Positions 1-8,111 of a DNA stretch of 30,372 nucleotides are shown here, piece after piece (the stretch's first letter is position 1; each line of letters opens with the position of its first letter). The notes under the pieces are model-generated. The model saw only the letters and a list, made by a program, of their open reading frames with translations, was not told the DNA's origin and ran no database searches. This DNA is from a virus (lineage: Duplodnaviria; Caudoviricetes). The position numbers were made by a program, and so were the translations under genes. The stretch lies in the IMG/VR virus record IMGVR_UViG_3300020044_006527, positions 1 to 30,372 of that record; one strand, given 5' to 3'.

Positions 1-3
1 AAC

Positions 4-291
4 ATGGCGAAAGTAGTCGCCGAATGCAAACCCTGCGGTGCTCGATTGTCGAAGGATCGAAAGCCACCCGAGAAGACATGCGCCCCGTGTCACGATCGTG
101 TCATCGATGATTCGATCACGCACGCACACGAACCACGCCGAAGCAGCGAACGCAATCAAGAAGCATTCGCGCTGAGGTGGCGCGGCTATGAGTGGCATAC
201 GATCGCAACGATGCTTCAGTATCCTTCGGAGCAGGCCAGCCAAGCAGCTGCTCGAGACTATGCGAAACGAAAGGGATTCGTCCTGCCATGA
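4..291 (+). CDS. Zn-ribbon + HTH-like putative DNA-binding protein (copy B)
   Basis: CKPC...CAPC then AFALRWRGYEWHTIATML helix-turn-helix-like segment; 6 aa differences from 4616..4903. Confidence 0.7.
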   Translation: MAKVVAECKPCGARLSKDRKPPEKTCAPCHDRVIDDSITHAHEPRRSSERNQEAFALRWRGYEWHTIATMLQYPSEQASQAAARDYAKRKGFVLP

Positions 292-554
292 GTACGCTGA
301 TGCCTAGTGGACGCGCCGCCGAGTCGATGAGTAGCCTTGATCGTGTGATGAGTCTCGCTTACGAGTACGGCTATCGCGTTGGCTTACAGCTCGGCGCGCA
401 TGGTCGGGTTGTCATGCATGTTCGCGACATGGAAGGCGACAACAAGGTAATCGCCGTGATCTCTGACACGATTGAGAATGCTGCGAATGTTTTGTTTGAT
501 CGAATTCTAAAATCGGGGTATGTCCCCCGGGATCGTTTTTTGGGGGTGGGGTAG
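288..554 (+). CDS. Hypothetical phage protein, 88 aa (copy B)
   Basis: ATGA overlap with previous stop; protein identical to 4353..4619 despite synonymous DNA changes. Confidence 0.8.
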   Translation: MSTLMPSGRAAESMSSLDRVMSLAYEYGYRVGLQLGAHGRVVMHVRDMEGDNKVIAVISDTIENAANVLFDRILKSGYVPRDRFLGVG

Positions 555-748
555 TGGGTATCCGGCAGGTCTGCCTAGGTTGTGGCTCGCTGACGACGAA
601 TGGTTCGCGTTGCGCATCTTGTGCTGCTCGGAGGGAGAGGGCGCGTAGCCTGAGCCGTCCCCACTACCGAGGCGACTACCAGACGAGGGCGAAGCAGGTG
701 CGAGCGGCTGCGAATAACGATCCGAATTGTGTTTGTTGGTTGTGTGGA
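554..748 (+). pseudogene. HNH endonuclease 5' fragment, cut before the catalytic DH motif
   Basis: Matches the 4353 gene up to CVCWLCG, then the DNA switches to Rpf-like sequence. Confidence 0.85.
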
Positions 749-929
749 TCAACTCTCGCCGCGCGATCAGCTCTGGGCCTGCTTCTTCCTCTTCTGGAAA
801 CACGCGCGCATTGGACAACACCTGCGTGGCTCGTACGAGGCGGGGCAACGCTACGGCTCGACCGTTTGGGACGTACACACACAATTCGGCTTCTGGGGCT
901 TCGCAGCTGACGGCGAGACAATCGCATGA
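745..929 (+). pseudogene. 3' fragment of Rpf-like transglycosylase gene
   Basis: DQLSPRDQLWACFFLFWKHARIG...DGETIA matches the C-terminus of 9134..9820. Confidence 0.85.
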
Positions 930-1027
930 ACGCAGACACACTCCTCAACATCCTCGTATGGGGACTCGTCGTATTTACCATCATCGTCCTGATCGTTGAG
1001 TACGCGCGACACCGAGGCGCGAAGTGA
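926..1027 (+). CDS. 33-aa single-pass membrane peptide
   Basis: MNADTLLNILVWGLVVFTIIVLIVEYARHRGAK; ATGA/GTGA overlaps; conserved at 9036..9137. Confidence 0.7.
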   Translation: MNADTLLNILVWGLVVFTIIVLIVEYARHRGAK

Positions 1028-1197
1028 ACGCCGAAACGTGGCGCATCATGCGCGCACTCGTCCAGGCTCGCCGCGAATGCGAGCAAGAACTGCGCGTACG
1101 CCGCGGTATGAATCCACTCCTCTATTGGAGCGCTCGGCGACGATCACTAGACGAAGCCATCAGAATTGTCAGAGGACTTGAGCATCATGACGCTTGA
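1024..1197 (+). CDS. Hypothetical basic protein, 57 aa
   Basis: MNAETWRIMRALVQARRECEQELRVRRG...; coupled to upstream stop; conserved at 8869..9039. Confidence 0.7.
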   Translation: MNAETWRIMRALVQARRECEQELRVRRGMNPLLYWSARRRSLDEAIRIVRGLEHHDA

Positions 1198-1261
1198 AGC
1201 ACTCGGCGGATGCCTCCTACTTGTTCTACTTGCCATCATTCTCACGAAAGGGAACTTCTAG
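1187..1261 (+). CDS. 24-aa hydrophobic peptide
   Basis: MTLEALGGCLLLVLLAIILTKGNF; fills the gap exactly; conserved at 8805..8879. Confidence 0.55.
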   Translation: MTLEALGGCLLLVLLAIILTKGNF

Positions 1262-1262
1262 A

Positions 1263-1496
1263 ATGACCACTCTGACCATTCTCAGCACGCTCGGAAAGAA
1301 GAAATACCTTGAGGATGTCCTACTCAGCATCCTCGCAAAGCATGACGGCCTGACCGACGAACAAATTGCAAAGCAAACCGTAAGCCGGCTGAACCGGCTC
1401 TATTCTCATGCCGTCATCGATGGGACAGACTTCATTCTCGTCCCCGCCGATCAGAAACCACACCCGACCACCAATGAGGAAGCACTAGCAGCATGA
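1263..1496 (+). CDS. Hypothetical phage protein, 77 aa
   Basis: AAAGGGA RBS before ATG 1263; near-identical protein at 8570..8803. Confidence 0.75.
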   Translation: MTTLTILSTLGKKKYLEDVLLSILAKHDGLTDEQIAKQTVSRLNRLYSHAVIDGTDFILVPADQKPHPTTNEEALAA

Positions 1497-1795
1497 CCAC
1501 CATTGACGAGCTCCGCGCGAAGCGCGATGTTTGGCCCACAATCGCCGAACACATCCCACAAGCAATCAACCGGTGCCACTACGCACTAGACGAAATCCTC
1601 GAGAATCCTGATCTCATGCAACACCTTGAGCGCAAGTTCCGCAAAGGCGAAGCCGAACACGGCGGCAAATGGATGACACACGCCGACTCGTCCTGGCTCA
1701 TCGCAGAAGCAGCAGAAGAAATCCTCGACTTCATCCTCTACAACGCCATGTACCAGATCCACACACAAGCGATGAATGAGGAGACGGGAATTTGA
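1493..1795 (+). CDS. Hypothetical protein, possibly all-alpha NTP pyrophosphohydrolase-like
   Basis: RKGEAEHG...EAAEEILDFILY acidic helix motif; homologue at 8271..8573; function tentative. Confidence 0.65.
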   Translation: MTTIDELRAKRDVWPTIAEHIPQAINRCHYALDEILENPDLMQHLERKFRKGEAEHGGKWMTHADSSWLIAEAAEEILDFILYNAMYQIHTQAMNEETGI

Positions 1796-1944
1796 CTCCG
1801 CGCGACATCAGCGAAGAACACGACCGGTATCGCCTTGCTCTAGAGCAGATCGAACGGATGAAACGCACACCACGCGCCTACCGACACACCAAATTTGGTG
1901 ACCTCATCAAGATCGCACAAGACGCACTCCGCATCGAAGAGTAG
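1792..1944 (+). CDS. Hypothetical protein, 50 aa
   Basis: MTPRDISEEHDRYRLALEQIERMKRTPRAYRHTKFGDLIKIAQDALRIEE; conserved at 8122..8274. Confidence 0.7.
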   Translation: MTPRDISEEHDRYRLALEQIERMKRTPRAYRHTKFGDLIKIAQDALRIEE

Positions 1945-1954
1945 AAAGATCACA

Positions 1955-3715
1955 TTGCACACCACCACTACGCCAGCTGCGCGAGCAGCATTCGACTACA
2001 TCAATGGCAATGCTTGGGTCTTATGCGCCGTCAATCCTGACAAGCGACCCCTAGGCTCGTGGAGCGTAGGCGGAACCAATCGATACGACTATCGCAACGC
2101 CGAGAACCTCTACGCGACAAATGCGCAAGCGTTCGGAATCATCGCAGGCGCGTCAAATCTGATCATCATCGATCTTGACAATGAGGATGCGATCAGAGCA
2201 TGGGCAACACGGTTCGGCGTACCAACCACGCGCATTGCGAACACGCCTCGAGGCAGGCACCTCTATTACCAGAATGATCCGAGCCTAAACCTCGGGCCGT
2301 CCACGAGCATCATGCCAGGCGTAGACGTACGCGCCGGAGAATCCTACGCAATCACACCACCCAGCACCACAAGCGGAGGCTCATACTCGTGGGCCAACCA
2401 GAATCCCATCGAACCACTACCCACACAACTCGTAGACGTCCTCCGCGAAACAAGCCAACCAGACCGGCGACACATCCCCGACGGCGAACCAATCCCCGAA
2501 GGCTCACGCAATGACGAGCTGTGGAATCGCGCACTCCGCGCACTCCGCGCCGGACTCAGCCACGAAGCAACCTACGGCGCCATCCGAAGCGAAGCCGAAA
2601 CCTATTGTGAAGGCACACTCACCGAACTTGAGCTAGGCGAAATCGTCACCAGCGCACGCATCTACCACGAACGCAACGACGCAGACGACGACACAAGCAT
2701 CGAAGAAATCATAGAAAACGCGAGCTTAGAACACACCGCAGACCTCGCCACCAGCCTACAACCACTCGACGTCGCAAGCATGCTCGAAACCGAGCCACCC
2801 GACATCCGCTGGATATGGGAAGGCTACTTAGCCGAAGGCACACTCAACCTCCTCCACGGAGACGCAGGCCTCGGCAAAAGCCTCATAAGTCTCGCCATCG
2901 CCGCAAAATGCACCATCGGAGACGAACTCCTAAACAAGCCGACCGCCACATGCGACGTAGCAATCATCGATGCAGAAAACAGTCACGACGAGATTCATCG
3001 TCGCATCCGCACCGCCTATGATCGCGTCAGCAACATCAACCGACTCCACTACTACCGCACCGACGCAACCATCCTCGGACAACGCGACAAAACCGCCGAA
3101 CTATTCGCCTGGATAAGCAAAACCACCAACGCGAAACTCATCATCCTCGACTCTCAACGCGCACTCTGGGAAGGCGACGAACGCGAACAATCCGAAGCCG
3201 GACGCATGCTCCGATACTTGGCACGCATCGCAGAAGCACTCAGCGTCAGCATCCTCATCATTCACCACGACACGAAAGCAGGACAATACTCCGGCAGCTC
3301 AGACATCTCAGCCGCACTCACCGGCAGCCGACTCCACCTCACACGCGCAGCAAAAACCAATGACGCCGACGCAGAAGGATGGAGCGAACGCAAACTCATC
3401 CACGCAAAATGCCGCATCGGAGCCGAACAACCAATCGAACAATTCCGCCTCGAGCTTCACAACGGAATCAACCTCATCCACGCCGGCCCGACCAGCAATA
3501 TCGACTACATCGCGCGCCTCGTCAGCTCATATGCACGCGAACACGAAGCCTGGCCGAACGTCCCCACAAGAGACATCCACGCAGAGATCGAAGAGATGCG
3601 AGAGCGCCGAACACGCGCCAACGTGTACGCGCACATGCACGGCATGGGCAGCATCGAAAGCCCTCCGAAACACGGCGAACGGCATGTCACATTCGTGTCA
3701 CAAAGTAGCCTCTAA
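1955..3715 (+). CDS. Bifunctional primase-polymerase fused to AAA_25/RepA-like helicase (allele B)
   Basis: Prim-pol motifs IIIDLD, TPRGRHLYY, GVDVRAGESYAITPPS; PriCT-like IPEGSRNDEL; Walker A GDAGLGKS, Walker B LIILDS, IIHH; TTG start chosen by alignment to allele A. Confidence 0.9.
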   Translation: MHTTTTPAARAAFDYINGNAWVLCAVNPDKRPLGSWSVGGTNRYDYRNAENLYATNAQAFGIIAGASNLIIIDLDNEDAIRAWATRFGVPTTRIANTPRGRHLYYQNDPSLNLGPSTSIMPGVDVRAGESYAITPPSTTSGGSYSWANQNPIEPLPTQLVDVLRETSQPDRRHIPDGEPIPEGSRNDELWNRALRALRAGLSHEATYGAIRSEAETYCEGTLTELELGEIVTSARIYHERNDADDDTSIEEIIENASLEHTADLATSLQPLDVASMLETEPPDIRWIWEGYLAEGTLNLLHGDAGLGKSLISLAIAAKCTIGDELLNKPTATCDVAIIDAENSHDEIHRRIRTAYDRVSNINRLHYYRTDATILGQRDKTAELFAWISKTTNAKLIILDSQRALWEGDEREQSEAGRMLRYLARIAEALSVSILIIHHDTKAGQYSGSSDISAALTGSRLHLTRAAKTNDADAEGWSERKLIHAKCRIGAEQPIEQFRLELHNGINLIHAGPTSNIDYIARLVSSYAREHEAWPNVPTRDIHAEIEEMRERRTRANVYAHMHGMGSIESPPKHGERHVTFVSQSSL

Positions 3716-3737
3716 ACATTGTGCGAATCGTCACATA

Positions 3738-3938
3738 ACTTGCACACGACTTGCACATGCACAACTTGCACATGTACAAGTGCAAGTGGAGCCGCATAAC
3801 CATGCGGGTTTGCGCCCCACTTGCACAACTTGCACAAAACCGTGTACAAGTGGGATTCTTGGCTAAACAAAGCCAAAAAATCCACTTGCACACTTGCACC
3901 TACTACGTAGGCATGCGCAAGTGCGCAAGTGCCTACGT
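3738..3938. repeat. Iteron-like ACTTGCAC cluster, putative replication origin B
   Basis: Seven direct ACTTGCAC copies (3738, 3749, 3764, 3819, 3828, 3884, 3892), one exact and two near-exact inverted copies, plus hairpins, directly after the primase-helicase stop. Confidence 0.75.
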
Positions 3939-3983
3939 TAGGCGCACGAAGTGAACCGAACAGACTGCGACAATACAACCACC

Positions 3984-4021
3984 ATGAGCAGCGACAACCA
4001 ACCCGAGCTCTACCCAATCGC
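3984..4021 (+). pseudogene. 5' fragment of the homologue of 4891..5136
   Basis: MSSDNQPELYPIA vs MSSEQTPELYPIA; identical 23-bp upstream sequence; homology stops at 4021. Confidence 0.8.
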
Positions 4022-4029
4022 ATCACGAG

Positions 4030-4353
4030 CTCGCCACGCCGGCCACGCCCATCGCCACGACGACTATTGCACGACCGGTGGGCAGGCATCAAAATCGAAT
4101 CAGGATTGCCAGGCTCAACATGATCAGCAGTCCACGGGTCGTCCACCCTAGCCGTTTCTCCACACAACCAACAAACACAATTCGGATCGTTATTCGCAGC
4201 CGTTCGCACCTGCTTCGCCCTCGTCTGGTAGTCGCCTCGGTAGTGGGGACGGCTCAGGCTACGCGCCCTCTCCCTCCGAGCAGCACAAGATTCGCAACGC
4301 GAACCATTCATCGTCAACGTTCCACAACCGAGACAGACCTGCCGGATACCCAC
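4030..4353 (-). CDS. HNH endonuclease (terminase-associated type); native stop apparently lost at junction, ORF reads on to 3712
   Basis: CLGC, CESC, CWLC, TADHV...PAHRSCNSRRG; lower coordinate approximate. Confidence 0.8.
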
Positions 4354-4619
4354 TACCCCACCCCCAAAAAACGATCCCGGGGGACATACCCCGATTTTAG
4401 AATTCGATCAAACAAAACATTCGCCGCATTCTCAATCGTGTCAGAGATCACCGCAATCACCTTATTGTCGCCTTCCATGTCGCGAACATGCATGACAACG
4501 CGACCATGCGCGCCGAGCTGCAAGCCAACGCGATAACCGTACTCGTAAGCGAGACTCATCACACGATCAAGGCTACTCATCGACTCGGCGGCGCGTCCAC
4601 TAGGCATAAGCGTACTCAT
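4353..4619 (-). CDS. Hypothetical phage protein, 88 aa (copy A)
   Basis: Identical protein to 288..554; ATGA overlap. Confidence 0.8.
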   Translation of the reverse strand: MSTLMPSGRAAESMSSLDRVMSLAYEYGYRVGLQLGAHGRVVMHVRDMEGDNKVIAVISDTIENAANVLFDRILKSGYVPRDRFLGVG

Positions 4620-4903
4620 GGCAGGACGAACCCCTTTCGTTTCGCATAGTCTCGAGCAGCCGCCTGGCTTGCCTGCTCCGAAGGATACTGAAGCATCGTC
4701 GCGATCGTATGCCACTCATAACCGCGCCACCTCAGCGCGAATGCTTCTTGATTACGTTCGCTGCTTCGGCGTGGTTCGTGCGCGTGCTTGATCGAATCAT
4801 CAATGACACGATCATGACATGGGGCGCATGTCTTCTCGCGTGGCTTTCGATACTTCGACAATCGAGCACCACACCGTTTGCACTCGGCCACTACTTCAAC
4901 CAT
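4616..4903 (-). CDS. Zn-ribbon + HTH-like putative DNA-binding protein (copy A)
   Basis: CKRC...CAPC and C-terminal HTH-like segment. Confidence 0.7.
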   Translation of the reverse strand: MVEVVAECKRCGARLSKYRKPREKTCAPCHDRVIDDSIKHAHEPRRSSERNQEAFALRWRGYEWHTIATMLQYPSEQASQAAARDYAKRKGFVLP

Positions 4904-5136
4904 GTTGGCGCATTATCTAGCAGGACGGGTCCGATCTCTTCCAACTCGGATGCGGGAAGCGTGAGGACGGTTTCTGGTTGAGCCTGGACGATGCGGAGGA
5001 TCTGCGCTGCGTACTCGCTCGCATTGTCATCGAACAGGTCGTGATCATTGTCGCGGATCGTGATCATGGCAGCGAGGAAGATGTAGGCGGACGAGTGAGC
5101 GATTGGGTAGAGCTCTGGTGTCTGTTCGCTGCTCAT
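4891..5136 (-). CDS. Hypothetical acidic protein, 81 aa
   Basis: Overlaps downstream start; N-terminus conserved at 3984. Confidence 0.7.
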   Translation of the reverse strand: MSSEQTPELYPIAHSSAYIFLAAMITIRDNDHDLFDDNASEYAAQILRIVQAQPETVLTLPASELEEIGPVLLDNAPTWLK

Positions 5137-5164
5137 GGTGGTTGTATTGTCGCAGTCTGGTCAG

Positions 5165-5387
5165 ATAGTGTCGTATGTGTTCATCATCTACATACTCTCC
5201 ATGCTATTCCTGTTCATATAGAGGATGGATAGGATGGAGAGAATGATGTAAATAAGCCAAATCCACATTGTGAGATTATGTAGAGAGTGAACATATATTT
5301 GTGTGGTTTGATTCTTTTGTGTGTTCATGCTCGTCATCCTCTCCATGCTCTACATATACGGCGATAGGATGCAATCTAAGCCAAAAG
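5165..5387. repeat. AT-rich repeat region, putative replication origin A
   Basis: CTCTCCATGCT x2, TGTGTTCAT x2, TCTACATA x2 plus an inverted copy, GATAGGATG x2; directly downstream of primase-helicase A. Confidence 0.6.
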
Positions 5388-7214
5388 TTAGGCTTCGGCG
5401 TCGTCTGGCGATACGTAGTCTGCGCTCTGATATATGTACGCTCCCCCGAATCCGCTCTTTCGCATTTTGCCTCCGATGGTTGAGATGGCGCGCTTGACGA
5501 CGGGTGGTGTCCATTCGGAGTTTGCTTTGCGAGCTGCTTCGTCTGTTTCGTTTTTTGCGCTTGCTCCGTACCGGTCTTTGAGGTACGACTCGAGCCATCC
5601 GGCGCATTCGCTGATCCTGGCGTGATCATTGACTTTGCGCTCGTCGAGGATCTCTTCTGCGTCGAGGTTGGATTCTCCGATGAAGGTTGCGCGGCTTGTG
5701 TAGACGGGCCGGCCGTGCTCGTCGATGCTGAGTTCTTCGGTGTTGATGCGATAGATCAGGCTCGGCATTTTTTTGCCGAGGTTTGTTTTGCCGTGAGCTA
5801 GGGCGACGTCTTTGCGTGCTTCGCCGTCTTCTGTTGCGGCTGCGGGTACGTGACCGACGATGAAGGCGCTGCGTGCGATTTTGTAGAGCGCGGATGATCC
5901 TCCTGCGCGCATGTATCCGCTGCCTCCTGTTGTGCGGTTGGTGTGTCCGACGGCGATGGTGGCTATGCGATGGTCGCGGCAGGCTTGTAGGTATGGGCCG
6001 AGTGCGTCTCGATTGTCTCTTTCGTTTTTGACGTCGGCGGCGAGGTGTTCGCTGATGGGGTCGAGGATGATTACTTCGGCTTTGTGGTGGAGTGCGCGTT
6101 CGATGATTTTGTCGTGTTCGCTTGATAGGTCGATCGCTTGTGCGCCGTAGTCGCGTACGCTGTCGATGGTGTGGCATCTGGTGAGGTCGACGCCGGCGGC
6201 GATGAGGCGTGGTTTTATGACGCGGATGGGGTCGTCTTCTGGTGAGGAGATTAGGACGGTTCCCCCTGCTTTGGTGATTTGTGCGATGAGTGCGACTGTG
6301 ATGGTGCCTTTGCCGACGCCTGGGTCGCCGTAGAGCATGGTGAGTTCTCCGAGTGGGAATCTTCCGTGTAGGTGTTCGCCGCGTACCCAGTCGACTGCTT
6401 CTGGTGCTGGCATGTCGGCGAAGCTAACGGTACGGATTTGCGAAGGATTGGATTCTTCGTTTGTGTTTGTTGCGAGTGTTTTGTTGTGGTGCTTTTTTGC
6501 GCTTTTGATTGTTGCGATGATTTCAGTTTCTGTGAGGTCGCCTTCTGCGTATTCTGTAACGATTGACTTGACGCATAGCGAAACTGCTGCTTCGTCCATT
6601 CCTGCGCGGAAGAGCTTTAGCGCGTAGTGGAACATTGCATCGTTGCGTTGTCCTTCGGGGATTGGGTCTCCTACTTCGATGCTGAATGTTTCGTGCTTAT
6701 TGTTCTCTTCGAGGAGTTGTCGGATGTTTTGAGGGAGTTCGGCGATGGGTAGATCGTTTGCCCAGCGGTATTCGCCGCCTAGTGTTTTGCTTGGAGGCAT
6801 GATTGCGTACGAGTTTCCTGCGCGTACGTCGATGCCTGGTAGGATCGCTGTTGATGGGCCTAGCGTTAGGTCTGTTGGTGCTTTGAAGTAGATGTGTCTT
6901 CCGCGTGGTGTGATGACGATTCGCGTTTCTGGTCGTCCGAATCGTTGCGCGTATTCGCGGATTGCTTGTTCGTTGTCGAGGTCGATGATGATGATTCCGC
7001 TCGCGCCAGCTACGAGTCCGAATGCGTTGGCGTTTCCAGCGTTTGAGAAGACGAGTTCGCTGTTGCGATCGTTGTATCTGTTCGGGTCGCCTTCTTGTCC
7101 CCATTCGCCGAGTGGTCGCTTGTCTGCTCCGACGGCTACGAGCGTCCATCCTTGCGCGTTGATGTAGCCGAACGCTGCTCGTGCTGCTTCGGTTGTCTTC
7201 GGATGCTCACTCAT
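5388..7214 (-). CDS. Bifunctional primase-polymerase fused to AAA_25/RepA-like helicase (allele A)
   Basis: IIIDLD, TPRGRHIYF, GIDVRAGNSYAIMPPS, IPEGQRND; Walker A GDPGVGKG, Walker B VIILDP, GSSALYKIARS. Confidence 0.92.
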   Translation of the reverse strand: MSEHPKTTEAARAAFGYINAQGWTLVAVGADKRPLGEWGQEGDPNRYNDRNSELVFSNAGNANAFGLVAGASGIIIIDLDNEQAIREYAQRFGRPETRIVITPRGRHIYFKAPTDLTLGPSTAILPGIDVRAGNSYAIMPPSKTLGGEYRWANDLPIAELPQNIRQLLEENNKHETFSIEVGDPIPEGQRNDAMFHYALKLFRAGMDEAAVSLCVKSIVTEYAEGDLTETEIIATIKSAKKHHNKTLATNTNEESNPSQIRTVSFADMPAPEAVDWVRGEHLHGRFPLGELTMLYGDPGVGKGTITVALIAQITKAGGTVLISSPEDDPIRVIKPRLIAAGVDLTRCHTIDSVRDYGAQAIDLSSEHDKIIERALHHKAEVIILDPISEHLAADVKNERDNRDALGPYLQACRDHRIATIAVGHTNRTTGGSGYMRAGGSSALYKIARSAFIVGHVPAAATEDGEARKDVALAHGKTNLGKKMPSLIYRINTEELSIDEHGRPVYTSRATFIGESNLDAEEILDERKVNDHARISECAGWLESYLKDRYGASAKNETDEAARKANSEWTPPVVKRAISTIGGKMRKSGFGGAYIYQSADYVSPDDAEA

Positions 7215-7669
7215 TTACTTGCCTTACCTGTTGCGACTCCGGTCATCTGGTGCCAGAGTCGATGGTGATGCTCACAGAGCTGGACGGTCGGATAGTCAGT
7301 CGACAATTGCCAATCGATTGAAGATGGGAAGATATGATGAGTTTGGCTGAATCTCTCCTTGCATGACTTAATTTCGCATGGCGCGCCGTCGTGTTCTTTG
7401 ATCGTGGCGATTGCTTCTTGAAGTTGTTTGGGTACGCGTAGTGCTCCGCTTCTTGAGCGGCCACAGTTGTCGCAGAAGAGTTTGTAGAACATCCTTCCGT
7501 CGATTTGTCGAACGCCGCCGATGCCTGTGTCGGCTGATCGGCATCCGCATGGTGATGCGGAGAGGAGTGGTTCTAGATTCGCTTGATGATTGTTCTCGAG
7601 CATCCATTCAAGAAGCTCGTCGCCGATACGCAAAAGGCGTGTGGTCTTGGTGAGGCTTTTAGCCATCAT
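7211..7669 (-). CDS. Zn-finger/HNH-like protein
   Basis: CGC, CDNC, CEIKSC, THHIFP...LCEHHHRLWH; ATGA-coupled to primase. Confidence 0.65.
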   Translation of the reverse strand: MMAKSLTKTTRLLRIGDELLEWMLENNHQANLEPLLSASPCGCRSADTGIGGVRQIDGRMFYKLFCDNCGRSRSGALRVPKQLQEAIATIKEHDGAPCEIKSCKERFSQTHHIFPSSIDWQLSTDYPTVQLCEHHHRLWHQMTGVATGKASK

Positions 7670-7750
7670 GTCTCCATTCTCTAGATGCGCCTGCTAGGCG
7701 TCCGGTTTGGCCGGTGTTGTGATGATACACCCACGGTTGCATGACTCTAC

Positions 7751-7783
7751 AAAGACGACGACCGCCCCGAAGGACGGCCGTCG
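7751..7783 (-). terminator. Intrinsic terminator-like hairpin
   Basis: CGACGGCCGUCC-UUCG-GGGCGGUCGUCG followed by UCUUU on the minus strand. Confidence 0.7.
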
Positions 7784-7838
7784 CTAGCAGGCGCAGGAGA
7801 GAACAGGAACCCTGCGCTTCTGATTGTAGTGAATCGGC

Positions 7839-8111
7839 TCACGTCTTGTCGTTGCTTGTGTGTTCCTCAATGTAACGACTGAGTTTGTCTCCGTCGATGA
7901 TCATTTGTGCGCTTCTCAAATACTCATCGTGAGGCATTGCGCTCTTGCGGATGATGATTACTTCCTGATTGTGCGTGTTGTCGTATGTCTGGATATTGAT
8001 CTTGCTTTTGCGAGCTACTTTGCGCCAATGTCTGCGGATCTGTTTGGCGTGCGTCTCGTCTCGGTAAGGCTCTGAGAATGAGAGGACAGAGAGGAGAAGA
8101 TCTGTGTCCAT
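7839..8111 (-). CDS. Hypothetical protein (only in copy A)
   Basis: ORF in operon orientation; start could be TTG 8132. Confidence 0.6.
   Translation of the reverse strand: MDTDLLLSVLSFSEPYRDETHAKQIRRHWRKVARKSKINIQTYDNTHNQEVIIIRKSAMPHDEYLRSAQMIIDGDKLSRYIEEHTSNDKT

Larger units (their letters stand above)
1..748. repeat. Imperfect inverted repeat, partner 4159-4906
   Basis: Equal-length reverse-complement match by eye with scattered, mostly synonymous substitutions. Confidence 0.95.
745..1944. repeat. Imperfect inverted repeat, partner 8122-9318
   Basis: Reverse-complement match over ~1.2 kb with one 3-bp indel and many third-position changes. Confidence 0.95.
1..4021 (+). mobile_element. 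Diverged, inverted, permuted copy (copy B) of the phage replication arm
   Basis: Three blocks align to the reverse complement of copy A: 1-748/4159-4906, 745-1944/8122-9318, 3961-4021/5099-5159. Confidence 0.9.

Noticed and set aside
554-910. 118-aa fusion ORF as a novel protein
   Set aside because: After the junction it reads the Rpf-like DNA out of frame and lacks the HNH catalytic residues.
3738-3938. CRISPR array
   Set aside because: Repeat is only 8 bp, irregularly spaced, in both orientations, with no unique 25-45 bp spacers and no cas genes.
3712-4030. C-terminal extension of the 213-aa HNH ORF
   Set aside because: It is antisense read-through across origin B created by the junction; its periodic residues derive from the DNA repeats.
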